From assembly GCA_040264895.1 (NCBI GenBank), contig JBDQHL010000002.1, positions 12,342-76,341 on the forward strand: a stretch of DNA of 64,000 nucleotides, read 5' to 3'. Source of the stretch: Bacteroidota bacterium (GTDB lineage Bacteria > Bacteroidota > Ignavibacteria > Kapaibacteriales > UBA2268). Position numbers and translations under genes: made by a program. The notes beneath the pieces were generated by a model that did no database searches, had not been told where the DNA came from, and was given only the letters and a program-made list of their open reading frames with translations. This document shows positions 1 to 10,182 of this stretch, in pieces (position 1 is the first letter of the stretch; each line of letters opens with the position of its first letter).

Positions 1-1
1 C

Positions 2-121
2 TCTGAAACACTTTGGACTACGGGAGGAGAAAATTGCCATAGTTTGATAATTTCACCGGACGAGAAATATGTTGCATACCTCTGTGAAATGAGTGGAATA
101 TTAGTAATGAAAATAAAATAA
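2..121 (+). CDS. 3' end of an upstream CDS that runs off the window start; hypothetical
   Basis: The frame is open from the window edge (...SETLWTTGGENCHSLIISPDEKYVAYLCEMSGILVMKIK) and ends at TAA 119-121. Confidence 0.4.
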   Translation, partial: SETLWTTGGENCHSLIISPDEKYVAYLCEMSGILVMKIK

Positions 122-126
122 AAAAC

Positions 127-612
127 ATGAAACTAGCAATTATTATATTTATTCTAAATTCCATTTTTGTTGGTAAGATTATGGGACAAACTTACCAAGT
201 TAAGGTAAATATTAATGACAGTACATATATTATTCTGGAAAAAATTGATTTTGACACGACAGAAAAGAAAATTGAATATTTTGAGAATTTCCTAGTTGCA
301 ATTAATGGGAGACCAATTTTTGGAACGGATGGAGACTTACCAAAATTTACTTTAATAAAAGCAACTTTGACAATTGGAAAGAATGAATATGATTTGCAAG
401 TTGACGATATGTATAACCCTTGGTTTGGAAATGGAATTAATGATAGACTGTTTAAAATAAAAAAAGAAGGAAATAGATACCAGTTAACGGGAATATTCTC
501 TGATGGTGCTGGGTCTTACGGAGCTGAATGGCTAATTGTAGGAAAATCAAGTATTAGAACAATATTGACAAATGACGAATGGATATTTGAGTACATCCAT
601 GATGAATTATAA
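127..612 (+). CDS. hypothetical secreted protein
   Basis: 161-aa ORF with an N-terminal hydrophobic signal-like segment (MKLAIIIFILNSIFVGKIMGQ). I recognise no family. Confidence 0.5.
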   Translation: MKLAIIIFILNSIFVGKIMGQTYQVKVNINDSTYIILEKIDFDTTEKKIEYFENFLVAINGRPIFGTDGDLPKFTLIKATLTIGKNEYDLQVDDMYNPWFGNGINDRLFKIKKEGNRYQLTGIFSDGAGSYGAEWLIVGKSSIRTILTNDEWIFEYIHDEL

Positions 613-676
613 TATTACTCCAAAGCAATCATTGTTATAAATTAGAGAAATAGTTAAGAGAAAGATTTTATAAATC

Positions 677-710
677 AAAAAAAACGCCAGACTACAATCC
701 GGCGTTTATG
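677..710. terminator. bidirectional rho-independent terminator between convergent genes
   Basis: Perfect 7-bp stem AAACGCC (682-688) / GGCGTTT (701-707), with an A-run upstream and Ts downstream. Confidence 0.6.
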
Positions 711-722
711 TATATATAATTT

Positions 723-1508
723 CTACTTATTCGGGTCTATCAAGAATGGAGTTTGACCATTCGTGATAATGACTTTGGCGTTGGGTGATTTGGACAGGTT
801 GTCGAAAGCTTCTATGCTTCGCATCTTGATTAAATCCTCGGAAAGACCATCTTTTACTATTTTTTGAGCGTCTCTCTGACCTTCAGCTTCTATTACCTTT
901 TTTTTTGCTTCCTGTCTTTCTTTTTCAAGTACGAATTCCATGGTGCTTACTTCACCCTTGGCTTCTATCACTTTTCTCTCTGCCTCTAGTTCTTCCTTCT
1001 TTAGAATGAACTGCATTCGCATAACTTCTTGCTCTGCCTGCAATCTACCTTCGATTGAATTATAAAGACCAGGAGGAAGTTTGATAGATTTCATCAATAC
1101 CGTCTCTATTGTAATGCTTTTTTCTTCAAGATACTCATTCATCCTGTTTGTAATCTCTTTCTCAATTTCAGCCCTTTTACCAGAGTGCATATCCTTGGCC
1201 ATGGATCTGGCACATACATCTGCAGCTGTAGAGCGGAAAACACTACTGATGACGCTTTCGTAATTCGGACCTAACCTTTGGATAAATTCTTGTACATTAT
1301 TCGCCTCTATCTTGTAAAGAATAGAAATATTCGCCTCAATATTAAGCCCTTCTTTACTTGGTAAGCTAAGGTTGACTTCCATATTCACAGTACGAATGGG
1401 TATTCTTTCCATAGATGTCAAAAATGGATTTAAAAAGTGGGGCCCTAGAGCGTAAGTGTTTTCAGATAATTTTAGTTCCAAATTATACCTTAGGGAGTCA
1501 TAGGACAT
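723..1508 (-). CDS. SPFH/band-7 (prohibitin-like) domain protein
   Basis: 261-aa ORF with an SPFH core (PIRTVNMEVNLSLPSKEGLNIEANISILYKIE) followed by a coiled-coil EAE/RKVIEA repeat tail. No N-terminal membrane anchor is visible. Confidence 0.8.
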   Translation of the reverse strand: MSYDSLRYNLELKLSENTYALGPHFLNPFLTSMERIPIRTVNMEVNLSLPSKEGLNIEANISILYKIEANNVQEFIQRLGPNYESVISSVFRSTAADVCARSMAKDMHSGKRAEIEKEITNRMNEYLEEKSITIETVLMKSIKLPPGLYNSIEGRLQAEQEVMRMQFILKKEELEAERKVIEAKGEVSTMEFVLEKERQEAKKKVIEAEGQRDAQKIVKDGLSEDLIKMRSIEAFDNLSKSPNAKVIITNGQTPFLIDPNK

Positions 1509-1687
1509 TTTTTTCGATTAGGGTAGTAGTTATTTTAACTTTTTAGCGTTTACTTCTGCTTTTTTTTTAATACATTTTATTTCTGCTGCTGACAAATATC
1601 AAATTTTAAAGCACAACCCATTTTACCAATAAATATTTACTACTTCAGTAGTCATAATTATTAATTATAGATAACAGTGGAGCCTAT

Positions 1688-2908
1688 ATGCAAGCAAAAG
1701 AAGATATACATATAATTGGTGCGGGAATAAGTGGGCTAATTGCTGCTTATGAACTTGAGCAAACTGGTTACAAACCAACTATCATTGAAAAATCTTATGG
1801 AGTAGGTGGTAGAGTTAAAACTATCAATGAGGACGGTCTGGCTTTGGATCTGGGATTCCAGGTATTACTCAGTGCTTACCCTATGGCAAACAAATATCTT
1901 GATATGGATCAACTAAAGTTAACTAAATTAGAGTCAGGTGCATTGGTATATGCAGACGGTAAATCATATCTAATTGGTGACCCGCTGAGGAATTGGAAAG
2001 TTCTTGTTCCAACACTAATGGCAGATATCGGTTCAATCAATGATAAACTGAAAATATTGAAATTGAACCTAAAAGTAAAGAATAAGTCACTCGAAGAAAT
2101 ATTCAACTCGCCAGAAACAACAACACAAGAGTATTTAGTTGATTTCGGTTTCTCACCAAGAATAATAGGTCGATTTTTTAAGCCCTTTTTTGCTGGCATT
2201 TTCTTAGAGCCTGACCTAAAGACATCAAGTAGAATGTTTGAATTTGTTTACAAGATGTTTGGTGAAGGGTATGCTTGTATTCCTAAATTAGGTATTGGCG
2301 AAATAAGCAAACAGTTGAAGAGCAAATTGAAAAACACCAATTTCATATTCAATACCGAGGTAGAAAAAGTGACCAGTACTGATATTATTACTAGTTCTGG
2401 TGAACAAATACCTCACAAAGGAGTGATAGTAACAAACAATGCTTCCTCAATAATAGATGGACATAAGGCTCCTGTGATAAGCTGGAAAGAATGTATGTGT
2501 TTGTATTTTGAGGTTGATAAAACTAACATACCTGGTGGCACAATTGGATTGGTTACAGAAACAGATAGTTATTCGAACAATTTATATGCTTACAAAGATA
2601 CTAGTACAGGTAAGAATATCCTGTCTATTACTACCCTTCAGCATAATAATAAGTCTGACGAGGAGATAATAGAAAAGGTGATAGAAGAAATTAAGAAATA
2701 CACAGGTGCTTCACAGGTTAGTTATATTCAGAACTATAGAATTAAACAAGCGTTACCTGATATAGGAAACTTAAGTTTGACAGCGAAACCAAAAGAGATT
2801 GAAGTTAGAGAAAATGTTTTTCTTGCAGGTGACTATCTGCTAAATGGCTCACTGAACGCAGCCATGGAATCTGGAAAACTTGCAGCGCAAGGAATTATAG
2901 GAAAATAA
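1688..2908 (+). CDS. NAD(P)/FAD-dependent oxidoreductase (amine-oxidase / protoporphyrinogen-oxidase-like fold)
   Basis: N-terminal dinucleotide-binding motif IHIIGAGISGLIAAYEL...EKSYGVGGRV; 406 aa. Confidence 0.8.
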   Translation: MQAKEDIHIIGAGISGLIAAYELEQTGYKPTIIEKSYGVGGRVKTINEDGLALDLGFQVLLSAYPMANKYLDMDQLKLTKLESGALVYADGKSYLIGDPLRNWKVLVPTLMADIGSINDKLKILKLNLKVKNKSLEEIFNSPETTTQEYLVDFGFSPRIIGRFFKPFFAGIFLEPDLKTSSRMFEFVYKMFGEGYACIPKLGIGEISKQLKSKLKNTNFIFNTEVEKVTSTDIITSSGEQIPHKGVIVTNNASSIIDGHKAPVISWKECMCLYFEVDKTNIPGGTIGLVTETDSYSNNLYAYKDTSTGKNILSITTLQHNNKSDEEIIEKVIEEIKKYTGASQVSYIQNYRIKQALPDIGNLSLTAKPKEIEVRENVFLAGDYLLNGSLNAAMESGKLAAQGIIGK

Positions 2909-2944
2909 AAAATTAGTTAATTATCAATTCAAATTAGTAATCAA

Positions 2945-3580
2945 ATGCCAACATACAATTTACAAGATATATTAAACCTCGAAAAGTATCACAGGATCTC
3001 ATTGATAAACAAAATGTCAGGACTAAGAAGCGCTAACTTAATTGGTTCTAAAAGTAATAATGGGATTTCTAATTTAGCTGTTTTCAATTCGGTTACCCAC
3101 ATAGGAGCAAAACCACCTCTTTTGGGTTTTATCCTAAGGCCACTATTAGCTGAACGACACACATACTCTAATATCAAAGAGAATAGATATTATACGATTA
3201 ATCATGTGAACAAAGCAATACATCAGAACACGCATAAAAGTTCGGCTAAATTTCCAAAAGATGTGTCTGAATTTGACGAATGCGGTTTGACAGAGACATA
3301 CATTGATAATTTTCCAGCTCCTTTCGTAGAGGAAAGCAAAATAAAGATTGGGCTTTCATTTCAAGAGGAAGTTCTTATTAATACTAATAAAACTATTTTG
3401 ATGGTAGGAAGAATAGAAAAATTAATCCTACCAGATGAAGGAATCAGTGATGATGGTGATGTCAACTTTGAAACTTTAGACACAGTTGGAATAGGTGGAT
3501 TGGACACTTATTACGAATGCAAACGAATAGCAAGGTATGAATATGCAAGAGCAGATAGTGAGATTAAGAAAATAGACTAA
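2945..3580 (+). CDS. flavin reductase-like (FMN-binding split-barrel) family protein
   Basis: 211-aa ORF. The SGLRSANLIGSKS...NLAVFNSVTHIGAKPPLLGFILRP pattern is typical of flavin reductase-like domain proteins. Confidence 0.6.
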   Translation: MPTYNLQDILNLEKYHRISLINKMSGLRSANLIGSKSNNGISNLAVFNSVTHIGAKPPLLGFILRPLLAERHTYSNIKENRYYTINHVNKAIHQNTHKSSAKFPKDVSEFDECGLTETYIDNFPAPFVEESKIKIGLSFQEEVLINTNKTILMVGRIEKLILPDEGISDDGDVNFETLDTVGIGGLDTYYECKRIARYEYARADSEIKKID

Positions 3581-3610
3581 AAAAACTAAGCATAGTCTTA
3601 ACTTTCATTA

Positions 3611-4012
3611 CTACTTCACAAAATGTACCATCTGAATCTTATCATTCTCAATAGTGTAGATAGCAATGGCGTTCACTATCTCACCCTCTACTATACCTGT
3701 TACTTCCTCTGTATCGATTACTACATTGCCAAGGACTTCGCGGTTGGTCAGTTTGCAGTGTAGGTTTACTGCCTTCTCGAACATTTTGCCGTACCTCTCC
3801 CTCATCTTTTCTTTACCTTTGTACATCAGTTGATCAGGGAAAGTATATATCTCCACACTATCGCTAAAAGGAATAAGGAAGCTATCAATATCGCGGTTGT
3901 TGTATGCTGCCAGTTGCTCAGCGGCTAATCGCTCAGCAGTTTCCTCTTTCGTTTGTGAGAATAATATACTTGAAAAAAGTATTAGAGTTATTATTAGGGC
4001 GATTATTTTCAT
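3611..4012 (-). CDS. NTF2/SnoaL-like fold protein, secreted
   Basis: 133 aa with a signal peptide. The AYNNRDIDSFLIPFSDSVEIY...IAIYTIENDKIQMVHF layout is typical of the nuclear transport factor 2 family. Confidence 0.5.
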   Translation of the reverse strand: MKIIALIITLILFSSILFSQTKEETAERLAAEQLAAYNNRDIDSFLIPFSDSVEIYTFPDQLMYKGKEKMRERYGKMFEKAVNLHCKLTNREVLGNVVIDTEEVTGIVEGEIVNAIAIYTIENDKIQMVHFVK

Positions 4013-4046
4013 TGTTTGATTCTTGTTTCTGTTGATTTAATTTGGT

Positions 4047-4627
4047 CTAACAATCGCAATGGCTATTCACATAAGCGATAATATCTTGGAAAAAAGCATT
4101 GAACTCCTCGGTAAACAAGTCGTAAACATCGCGGAGATGATCCACAGCACCACCGAAATTTGATGGGAAACTGGTGCGTTCATCCATTTTGTCGAGCGTG
4201 AATTTCAGCCCTTCTAGGGATTTGTAATTGCTAAGCCAGTCGTATTCTATCATTCGCGGAAGACTGCGTTTTAAGCGAACAGGCATAACTTCCATTCTCT
4301 TTGAAAATATCTTATATACATCCTTTGCATAGTCAGGAAGTGATAGGTCAGAATAGCGTTCCCAATTATTGGCAAGTAGATGATCGTATAGGACATCGAT
4401 AACCACAGGCGAGTACTTCTTGTGGTGTGGTCTCAGTCTTTTAGTTGCCTTCCGAACTATATCGTGCTTATCTGTGTAGGAATCAATTTTCCTGTGTAGC
4501 TCTATTCCAGCATAGATTTCATCAGGCACATGCGTCAACTCCTACATCGTTATGGAATCTGCGATAAAGTTACCTATCAGCAAGTCTTCGTTTTCACAAG
4601 ACAGAAATATATGGGCGAGGTAGTTCA
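4047..4627 (-). pseudogene. acpH: acyl carrier protein phosphodiesterase (AcpH) interrupted by an in-frame TAG
   Basis: ATG at 4627 gives MNYLAHIFLSCENEDLLIGNFIADSITM. TAG follows at 4543-4541, and the same frame continues ELTHVPDEIYAGIELHRKIDSYTDKH... to the stop at 4047. Confidence 0.75.
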
Positions 4628-4686
4628 TAGTATGAGTAGACGATTCTATTAAGAAAAAGATGTATATAGGTTTAGATTGTAGTTTT

Positions 4687-5133
4687 TTATGTGTGAAGGA
4701 TAGATATTATTTCCTTACCAAACTTTTCAATTTTCTTCTCACCCCATCCATGAACTTTAGACAATTCAAAAAAAATTGGACGGTTTCTCTTTTGCAACCG
4801 AATATATATCTGTATTTAATAAAATCATAAAGATTGGAAGTGATTCTTGTTTTGCTTTCTCTTCTCTCCATTTTTTAATTTTTTCTACAACTTCTAACTC
4901 ATCATCATTTAAATCAATTTTTTCATATTTAATCTTTTTAAATGTATCGTACTCTATAGATTCATTTTTTTATCAGTGTATTGAATGATGATTGACCAAT
5001 AATTGATAGAGTCATTAACAAAAATACTTGATATTTCTATTACATGCACAGAATTGAGAAAGTCATTTATTAGGTTTTCATCGTACTCTTTATATAATTC
5101 ATCAGTTCTTATTTTAAAGATTTTTATATTCAT
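4687..5133 (-). pseudogene. HRDC-domain protein broken by two compensating homopolymer frameshifts
   Basis: The ATG at 5133 opens a frame that stops at 4956-4954. The frame changes at the T7 run 4965-4971 and changes back at the A8 run 4768-4775. The corrected read gives ...KKWREEKAKQESLPIFMILLNTDIYSVAKEKPSNFFELSKVHGWGEKKIEKFGKEIISILHT (HRDC-like). Confidence 0.65.
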
Positions 5134-5144
5134 TTTAGTAAAAA

Positions 5145-5723
5145 TTACTCAATAGAAATCTTTTTCGTTTCCCAGCTCCCATCATCTAATCTAAAACTAA
5201 ATATAAGCTCATTTCCATTAAGCGCAAAATCTTTAAATAGAGAATTGGTGCTCAAAACATTGTTTTCCTTTCCTGAAGTCGAAACAACACCTGATTTAAA
5301 ATCAAATGGAAACTTCTTATCCGAATTGTGATTTAAGAAAATCATTTCTGTGTATGTTGTATCAGAGAAATAAAGCAAATAATTCTCATCGGTATCACCC
5401 CATACAAATTGCGAACTGTAAATACGATTTATTTCTGTGCCCGTATCTTTATTAATAAAAACAACTGTTTTATCAAAATCAAATTTTGCTTCTTCAAGAT
5501 TACCTATGGCAAGATTGCATGACCCTCTATTGAAGTAAGCATCTCTATTATTATCATTCAATTCAATAGAGTTAGTGTAATCTTTTACTGCTTCTTCGTA
5601 GTTCTGATTGCTGTGCTTCTCGAAGCCACTATTATAGTATTCTTTAAATGTTTGACCCGTAGCAGCTTGAAGAGCTATTAAAACAACTGTCAAAAAAAAC
5701 AATATTGATCTATTCATTTGCAT
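5145..5723 (-). CDS. secreted TPR-containing hypothetical protein
   Basis: Signal peptide, then TPR-like repeats (YEEAVKDYTNSIELNDNNRDAYFNRGSCNLAIGNLEEAKFDFDKTV). Confidence 0.5.
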   Translation of the reverse strand: MQMNRSILFFLTVVLIALQAATGQTFKEYYNSGFEKHSNQNYEEAVKDYTNSIELNDNNRDAYFNRGSCNLAIGNLEEAKFDFDKTVVFINKDTGTEINRIYSSQFVWGDTDENYLLYFSDTTYTEMIFLNHNSDKKFPFDFKSGVVSTSGKENNVLSTNSLFKDFALNGNELIFSFRLDDGSWETKKISIE

Positions 5724-5834
5724 TAACCTTTTTTTCTAATATCCATTTAGTGTTAATGAAGATAATATCAATTCTATCCAATTACAAACTGAGAGTAGGT
5801 TTGTAAACATTAGATATTCAGTTTAAAAACACTA

Positions 5835-7106
5835 TTACCTTCTCCCCTTCCTACTATTACCGCCCTGTCTTTTTTCTTTATTCTTTCTTCTGTTGGCAGC
5901 GTGTTCTTGCTTGCGTCTATTCTTTTCTTTGTCAAACCTCTTTTTCTCCATAGGAGTCATTGGTTTTTCTGTCTGTGGGTAGGGGTTGTCCTTGATTAAT
6001 TCTAACTTTTGTTTTATTAGCTTTTCTACGTCCTTAACGAATGAGTTTTCTTCTGGTTCGGTGATTGAGATTGCTACACCCTCTTCGCCGGCACGACCAC
6101 AACGCCCTATTCTGTGGACATAAGTCTCTGATTCGTTAGGAATATTGTAGTTAATGACATAGCGAAGTTTGTCAATGTCAATACCACGAGCAGCTATATC
6201 AGTTGCAACTAATACTCTTACTTTACCATCTTTGAAATCGCCGAGTGCTTTTTGTCTCTGGTTTTGGGTTCTGTCGCCATGTATTGCAGCAGCATTTATC
6301 TTTCTTTTTTGGAGGTTACGGACTATCTTGTTTGCACCGTGCTTAGTTCTACAAAACAATAGCACCTGGTCCAAATCTTCGTCCTCCAGTATGTGCAGAA
6401 GCAAGTTCGACTTGGTGCCCCTGTTGGTGTAATAGAGATATTGCTTAACAGTCTCAGCCGCAGAAGAAACAACGTCCACAGCTATTTTAATGGGATTGAT
6501 AAGAATTTTGTTCGATAACTTAACTATACTGTCGGGCATAGTAGCAGAGAAGAAAAGTGATTGTCTTTTCTTAGGTAATAGCTTTATTATCTTCTTAATG
6601 TCGTTGATAAAGCCCATATCTAGCATTCTGTCTGCTTCATCCAACACAAAGTATTCTATGTCTTTTAGCGAGATGAATCCTTGCTCTATTAGGTCGAGCA
6701 AACGCCCTGGAGTAGCAACTAATATATCAACATCTCTTTTCAGGGCTCTAGTTTGCTTCTCTTGCTTTACTCCACCATAGATCACTGTGTTAGTCACATC
6801 AGTGTATTTGGCATAAGTGGTTATACTTTCGCCAATCTGAATAGCAAGCTCACGAGTAGGAGTAACTATCAGAGTAGAAATCTTTCGTTTCCCAGAGCCA
6901 CTTTCTTCCTTATTAGTCAAGTGCTGTATGATTGGTATAGAGAAAGCAGCGGTTTTACCAGTACCAGTTTGCGCACTACCGAGCACGTCCTTTCCTTTCA
7001 GTACAAGTGGTATTGCTTTTTCTTGTATTGAAGTTGGCTCTTCATATTTTTCGTCTTTTAATGCTTTTAATATAGGTGGGATTAAGTTTAGTTCTTCGAA
7101 TTTCAT
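5835..7106 (-). CDS. rhlE: DEAD-box ATP-dependent RNA helicase (RhlE-like) with a basic C-terminal tail
   Basis: Q-motif, AQTGTGKT, DEAD (VLDEADRM), SAT and HRIGRCGRAG motifs are present; the tail is RK-rich. Confidence 0.9.
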   Translation of the reverse strand: MKFEELNLIPPILKALKDEKYEEPTSIQEKAIPLVLKGKDVLGSAQTGTGKTAAFSIPIIQHLTNKEESGSGKRKISTLIVTPTRELAIQIGESITTYAKYTDVTNTVIYGGVKQEKQTRALKRDVDILVATPGRLLDLIEQGFISLKDIEYFVLDEADRMLDMGFINDIKKIIKLLPKKRQSLFFSATMPDSIVKLSNKILINPIKIAVDVVSSAAETVKQYLYYTNRGTKSNLLLHILEDEDLDQVLLFCRTKHGANKIVRNLQKRKINAAAIHGDRTQNQRQKALGDFKDGKVRVLVATDIAARGIDIDKLRYVINYNIPNESETYVHRIGRCGRAGEEGVAISITEPEENSFVKDVEKLIKQKLELIKDNPYPQTEKPMTPMEKKRFDKEKNRRKQEHAANRRKNKEKRQGGNSRKGRR

Positions 7107-7181
7107 TATATGTTTTGTTATTTCGGTGAGTTGTAAAGATGTAATATACGAAATAGTGAACTGAAAGAGATTATGGAATAA

Positions 7182-7802
7182 CTATTTTTTATTAAAACTA
7201 CAAAATACAAAGTTCTGTATGGAACCAGATGGAGTTTTGTGTTCAGTAGTAAAGCACTCTTTTTTATTAAAATATTCACTTAATCTATCCACCATAGTTT
7301 TTTCCGAGTATTGCTTTATCTCTATTCCGCTGCACTTGGTAGGTCCATCTTCGAAGAAGGTCCCAATTACTAAGGTACCTCTTATATTCAGACTGCTGTG
7401 AGCAGTTTCTATATAATTATCTATTTCAGCTGAATCTGTTAAAAAGTGAAATGCTGCACGGTCGTGCCAAAGGTCATATTTTTGTGTTGTGGTAAATTTG
7501 GAAGCATCGGCAACTATCCATTTTACTTCGGTTGCTTTCTCACCCAAACGCTCTTTTGCTCTGTTTATAGCAGCTTCAGAAATATCTAATACCGTGATGT
7601 TACTATATCCCAACTCAAGCAAATTATCTACCAAAAAGCTATCGCCTCCACCAATGTCAATAATACTTGCATTTGTTGAATTGCAATGCTTTTCAATAAG
7701 TTGGAGTGAAGTATCTGGTGTGGGTTGGTACCAACTAACCTCTTCTAACTTTTTCGTTTGGTATATCGTTTCCCAGTGTTTTTTTCTGTCAAATGGATTC
7801 AT
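7182..7802 (-). CDS. class I SAM-dependent methyltransferase
   Basis: Motif I IDIGGGDSFLVDNLLELGY...VLDISEAAI; 206 aa. Confidence 0.8.
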   Translation of the reverse strand: MNPFDRKKHWETIYQTKKLEEVSWYQPTPDTSLQLIEKHCNSTNASIIDIGGGDSFLVDNLLELGYSNITVLDISEAAINRAKERLGEKATEVKWIVADASKFTTTQKYDLWHDRAAFHFLTDSAEIDNYIETAHSSLNIRGTLVIGTFFEDGPTKCSGIEIKQYSEKTMVDRLSEYFNKKECFTTEHKTPSGSIQNFVFCSFNKK

Positions 7803-7820
7803 TTTTTATCTTGCTTTTCT

Positions 7821-9296
7821 TTACAATTTATCTGCTATAAACTTCTCAGCATTTTTTCTATGCTCGTCCTTTTTGTCATCTGACATCTTATTGAGAGTGT
7901 GGACTAACATACCAATTCGTGGGTTAGACTGAAAGAAGTCTTTATGATTCATCATAAATGACCAAAACAAGCCATCCCAAGTTTTTTCCCAATCCCCCTT
8001 AGGATAATTACTCATCTTCTTAATATAGTTTGACCCACCAATGTAAGGCTTTGTTGCAAAAGTACCGCCGTCTGCAAACTGGCACATACCATAGACATTA
8101 GGTACCATAACCCAATCATAAGCATCAATGAACAATTCCATAAACCATCGATAAACTTCGTCAGGATCAAATTCGCACAGCAGCATAAAATTACCAATAA
8201 CCATTAGCCGTTCTATGTGATGACAGTACCCTGTATCTAATACCTTCTTTATTGTTTCATCAATAGGAGGTATTCCAGTGCTGCCATCATAGAATGACTT
8301 TGGTATTTTTCTATTAAAACCCCAAAAATTCTTAGTTCTGGAAAATCTGCCCTTGCACATATACATTCCGCGAATGAACTCTCTCCAACCTATTATCTGC
8401 CGGACAAATCCTTCAGTTGAGTTGATAGGGACATTATTAGCTTTCGCATATTCCACAGTTTTATCAATAACATCACCGGGCAAAAGAAGCCCAATATTTA
8501 GCATCGGTGTCAATACACTATGATTGAGTATCGATTCCCCTCTGACTATTGCGTCTTCATAAGCACCGAATTCGTGAAATCGTTCTACAAAAAACTGCTC
8601 GAGCCATTCATTTGATTCATCATAATCAATAGGGTATAATCTTTGTTTGGTTATACTTCCATAATTATCAGAAAAATGTTTTTCAGTGTAATCTACTGCT
8701 TCATTCCATAGTTCGTTGTCTGTTGGGAATTGAATATTGGGTGGTGTTTTTTTCTTTGGGTATTTCTTCCTATTCTCTTTATCATAAGTCCAATTTCCGC
8801 CTTCTGGTCCACCGTCTTCATCAATCAGAATATCTAATTTTTTTCTCTGCTGTTTGTAAAATTTGGTTTGGAAAAAAGACTTTTTATCTGCTCTAAAGAA
8901 GTCACTTAAATCCTCTTCTGTATTTATAAACATTGGATTGCTATGAACTACTAAATCACAGTTTTTAGTAGCATCCTCTATTCGCTGCATCAACCAATCA
9001 TCAGTTGGATTAATTATATTAATCTTTTCTATGCCTTTGTCTTTTAACTCCTGGTCAAAATTCCGCATGTCAGAAATATCCACAGTGGAATCAACATAGG
9101 TGACGGATTTATCTCTTTTGCTTAAGTATTCCTCATAAACTTTCATTGTGGCTCTGTGGAATGCTATTTTTTGCTTGTGGAATTTATATTGCTTGAAGAA
9201 CAGAAATTCTTCAATAAGGTATATCTCGTTATCATTATCAATCAATGGGCTTTCAGCAAACAACTGATGTGGGAATACTATATTTATTTCTTTCAT
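7821..9296 (-). CDS. cryptochrome/photolyase family protein, COG3046 / FeS-BCP [(6-4) photolyase PhrB/CryB]-like
   Basis: 491 aa with the family pattern [21 protein letters not shown]...[14 protein letters not shown]...[16 protein letters not shown]. Confidence 0.85.
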   Translation of the reverse strand: MKEINIVFPHQLFAESPLIDNDNEIYLIEEFLFFKQYKFHKQKIAFHRATMKVYEEYLSKRDKSVTYVDSTVDISDMRNFDQELKDKGIEKINIINPTDDWLMQRIEDATKNCDLVVHSNPMFINTEEDLSDFFRADKKSFFQTKFYKQQRKKLDILIDEDGGPEGGNWTYDKENRKKYPKKKTPPNIQFPTDNELWNEAVDYTEKHFSDNYGSITKQRLYPIDYDESNEWLEQFFVERFHEFGAYEDAIVRGESILNHSVLTPMLNIGLLLPGDVIDKTVEYAKANNVPINSTEGFVRQIIGWREFIRGMYMCKGRFSRTKNFWGFNRKIPKSFYDGSTGIPPIDETIKKVLDTGYCHHIERLMVIGNFMLLCEFDPDEVYRWFMELFIDAYDWVMVPNVYGMCQFADGGTFATKPYIGGSNYIKKMSNYPKGDWEKTWDGLFWSFMMNHKDFFQSNPRIGMLVHTLNKMSDDKKDEHRKNAEKFIADKL

Positions 9297-9427
9297 TTTG
9301 ATTTATTCCTTCTGCATCTTTCGCTACAGTATTTTACATTTTCCCAATCTCTTTCCCATTTCTTTCGCCATGTAAATGGTTTACCACAGGTGGCACATAT
9401 TTTAGTTGGAAGATGTTGCTTTTTCAT
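9293..9427 (-). CDS. DUF2256 zinc-ribbon protein (a photolyase-associated small protein)
   Basis: 44-aa ORF absent from the ORF track: [44 protein letters not shown]. Its TGA overlaps the photolyase ATG (ATGA at 9296-9293). Confidence 0.75.
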   Translation of the reverse strand: MKKQHLPTKICATCGKPFTWRKKWERDWENVKYCSERCRRNKSK

Positions 9428-9436
9428 TTAAGTTTG

Positions 9437-10093
9437 TCAGAAATTCAAGAATGTAATAATATTCAGTTGGTCTCTGCTACCGTTATTAAGAAACTGATTC
9501 ATATAGCCAAGTTCAAATTTTGCAAAGTCATTTAGTTTGTAACCAAGCCCTAAATATGTTCTATTTCTATCAAATAATTCGCTTTCACTATTGATAAATA
9601 TCTCATTATAAGCAGATAGATACCAAGAATTTTCTAATATATCTTTATTCGAAAATGGTATATTTATCGAAAGGAAATAGCGGAATCTAACTCGTAAATC
9701 TGTATCTTCTATCCACCTTTGCTCAAAGCGGTAACGGTGTTGTAACTTCACTATCCCTAATGACTGCCTAGAAATAAACTGTTGGTAAATTCTATGTTCG
9801 TTAATACCAATTTTATCTTCATCATTCACATAGTTCTGACTATTGATGAAACCATAACCAAGCAATAGATTACTATTGTTTTCTGTTAAATTGTAGCCAA
9901 TTCCAGTCCTAAGTAACAACTGCTCCAAATCACCGATACCATTATAATTTCTATACTGTACTTCGTGGTGCAAATTGAAATCAGAATCTATTTTTTTATT
10001 ACCAAAGTAAATAAGCCAGTTTCCTAGGTTGCTTTCTTGTGCTAATGAAGTGAATGGAATAACAAAAAGTAATAAGAATATTATCTTTTTCAT
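9437..10093 (-). CDS. DUF2490-like outer-membrane beta-barrel protein
   Basis: Signal peptide MKKIIFLLLFVIPFTSLAQ, then alternating aromatic beta-strand patterns ending in F. The start is taken at the internal ATG 10093. Confidence 0.6.
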   Translation of the reverse strand: MKKIIFLLLFVIPFTSLAQESNLGNWLIYFGNKKIDSDFNLHHEVQYRNYNGIGDLEQLLLRTGIGYNLTENNSNLLLGYGFINSQNYVNDEDKIGINEHRIYQQFISRQSLGIVKLQHRYRFEQRWIEDTDLRVRFRYFLSINIPFSNKDILENSWYLSAYNEIFINSESELFDRNRTYLGLGYKLNDFAKFELGYMNQFLNNGSRDQLNIITFLNF

Positions 10094-10182
10094 TTTGATA
10101 ATAGCATAAATGAGTAAAAAAGTCAATTTAACGAAAATTTGATACTAATCTTTTATTAAAGACTAAATAATTATACTTGTTT

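Noticed and set aside
598-612. A C-terminal HDEL on the 161-aa hypothetical protein, which resembles an ER-retention signal.
   Set aside because: It is meaningless in a bacterium and is a chance tetrapeptide.
1509-1687. A possible 5' truncation or broken N-terminal membrane anchor of the SPFH protein.
   Set aside because: The protein starts without the usual TM helix, but none of the three upstream frames gives a convincing hydrophobic N-terminus. I cannot support a lesion here.
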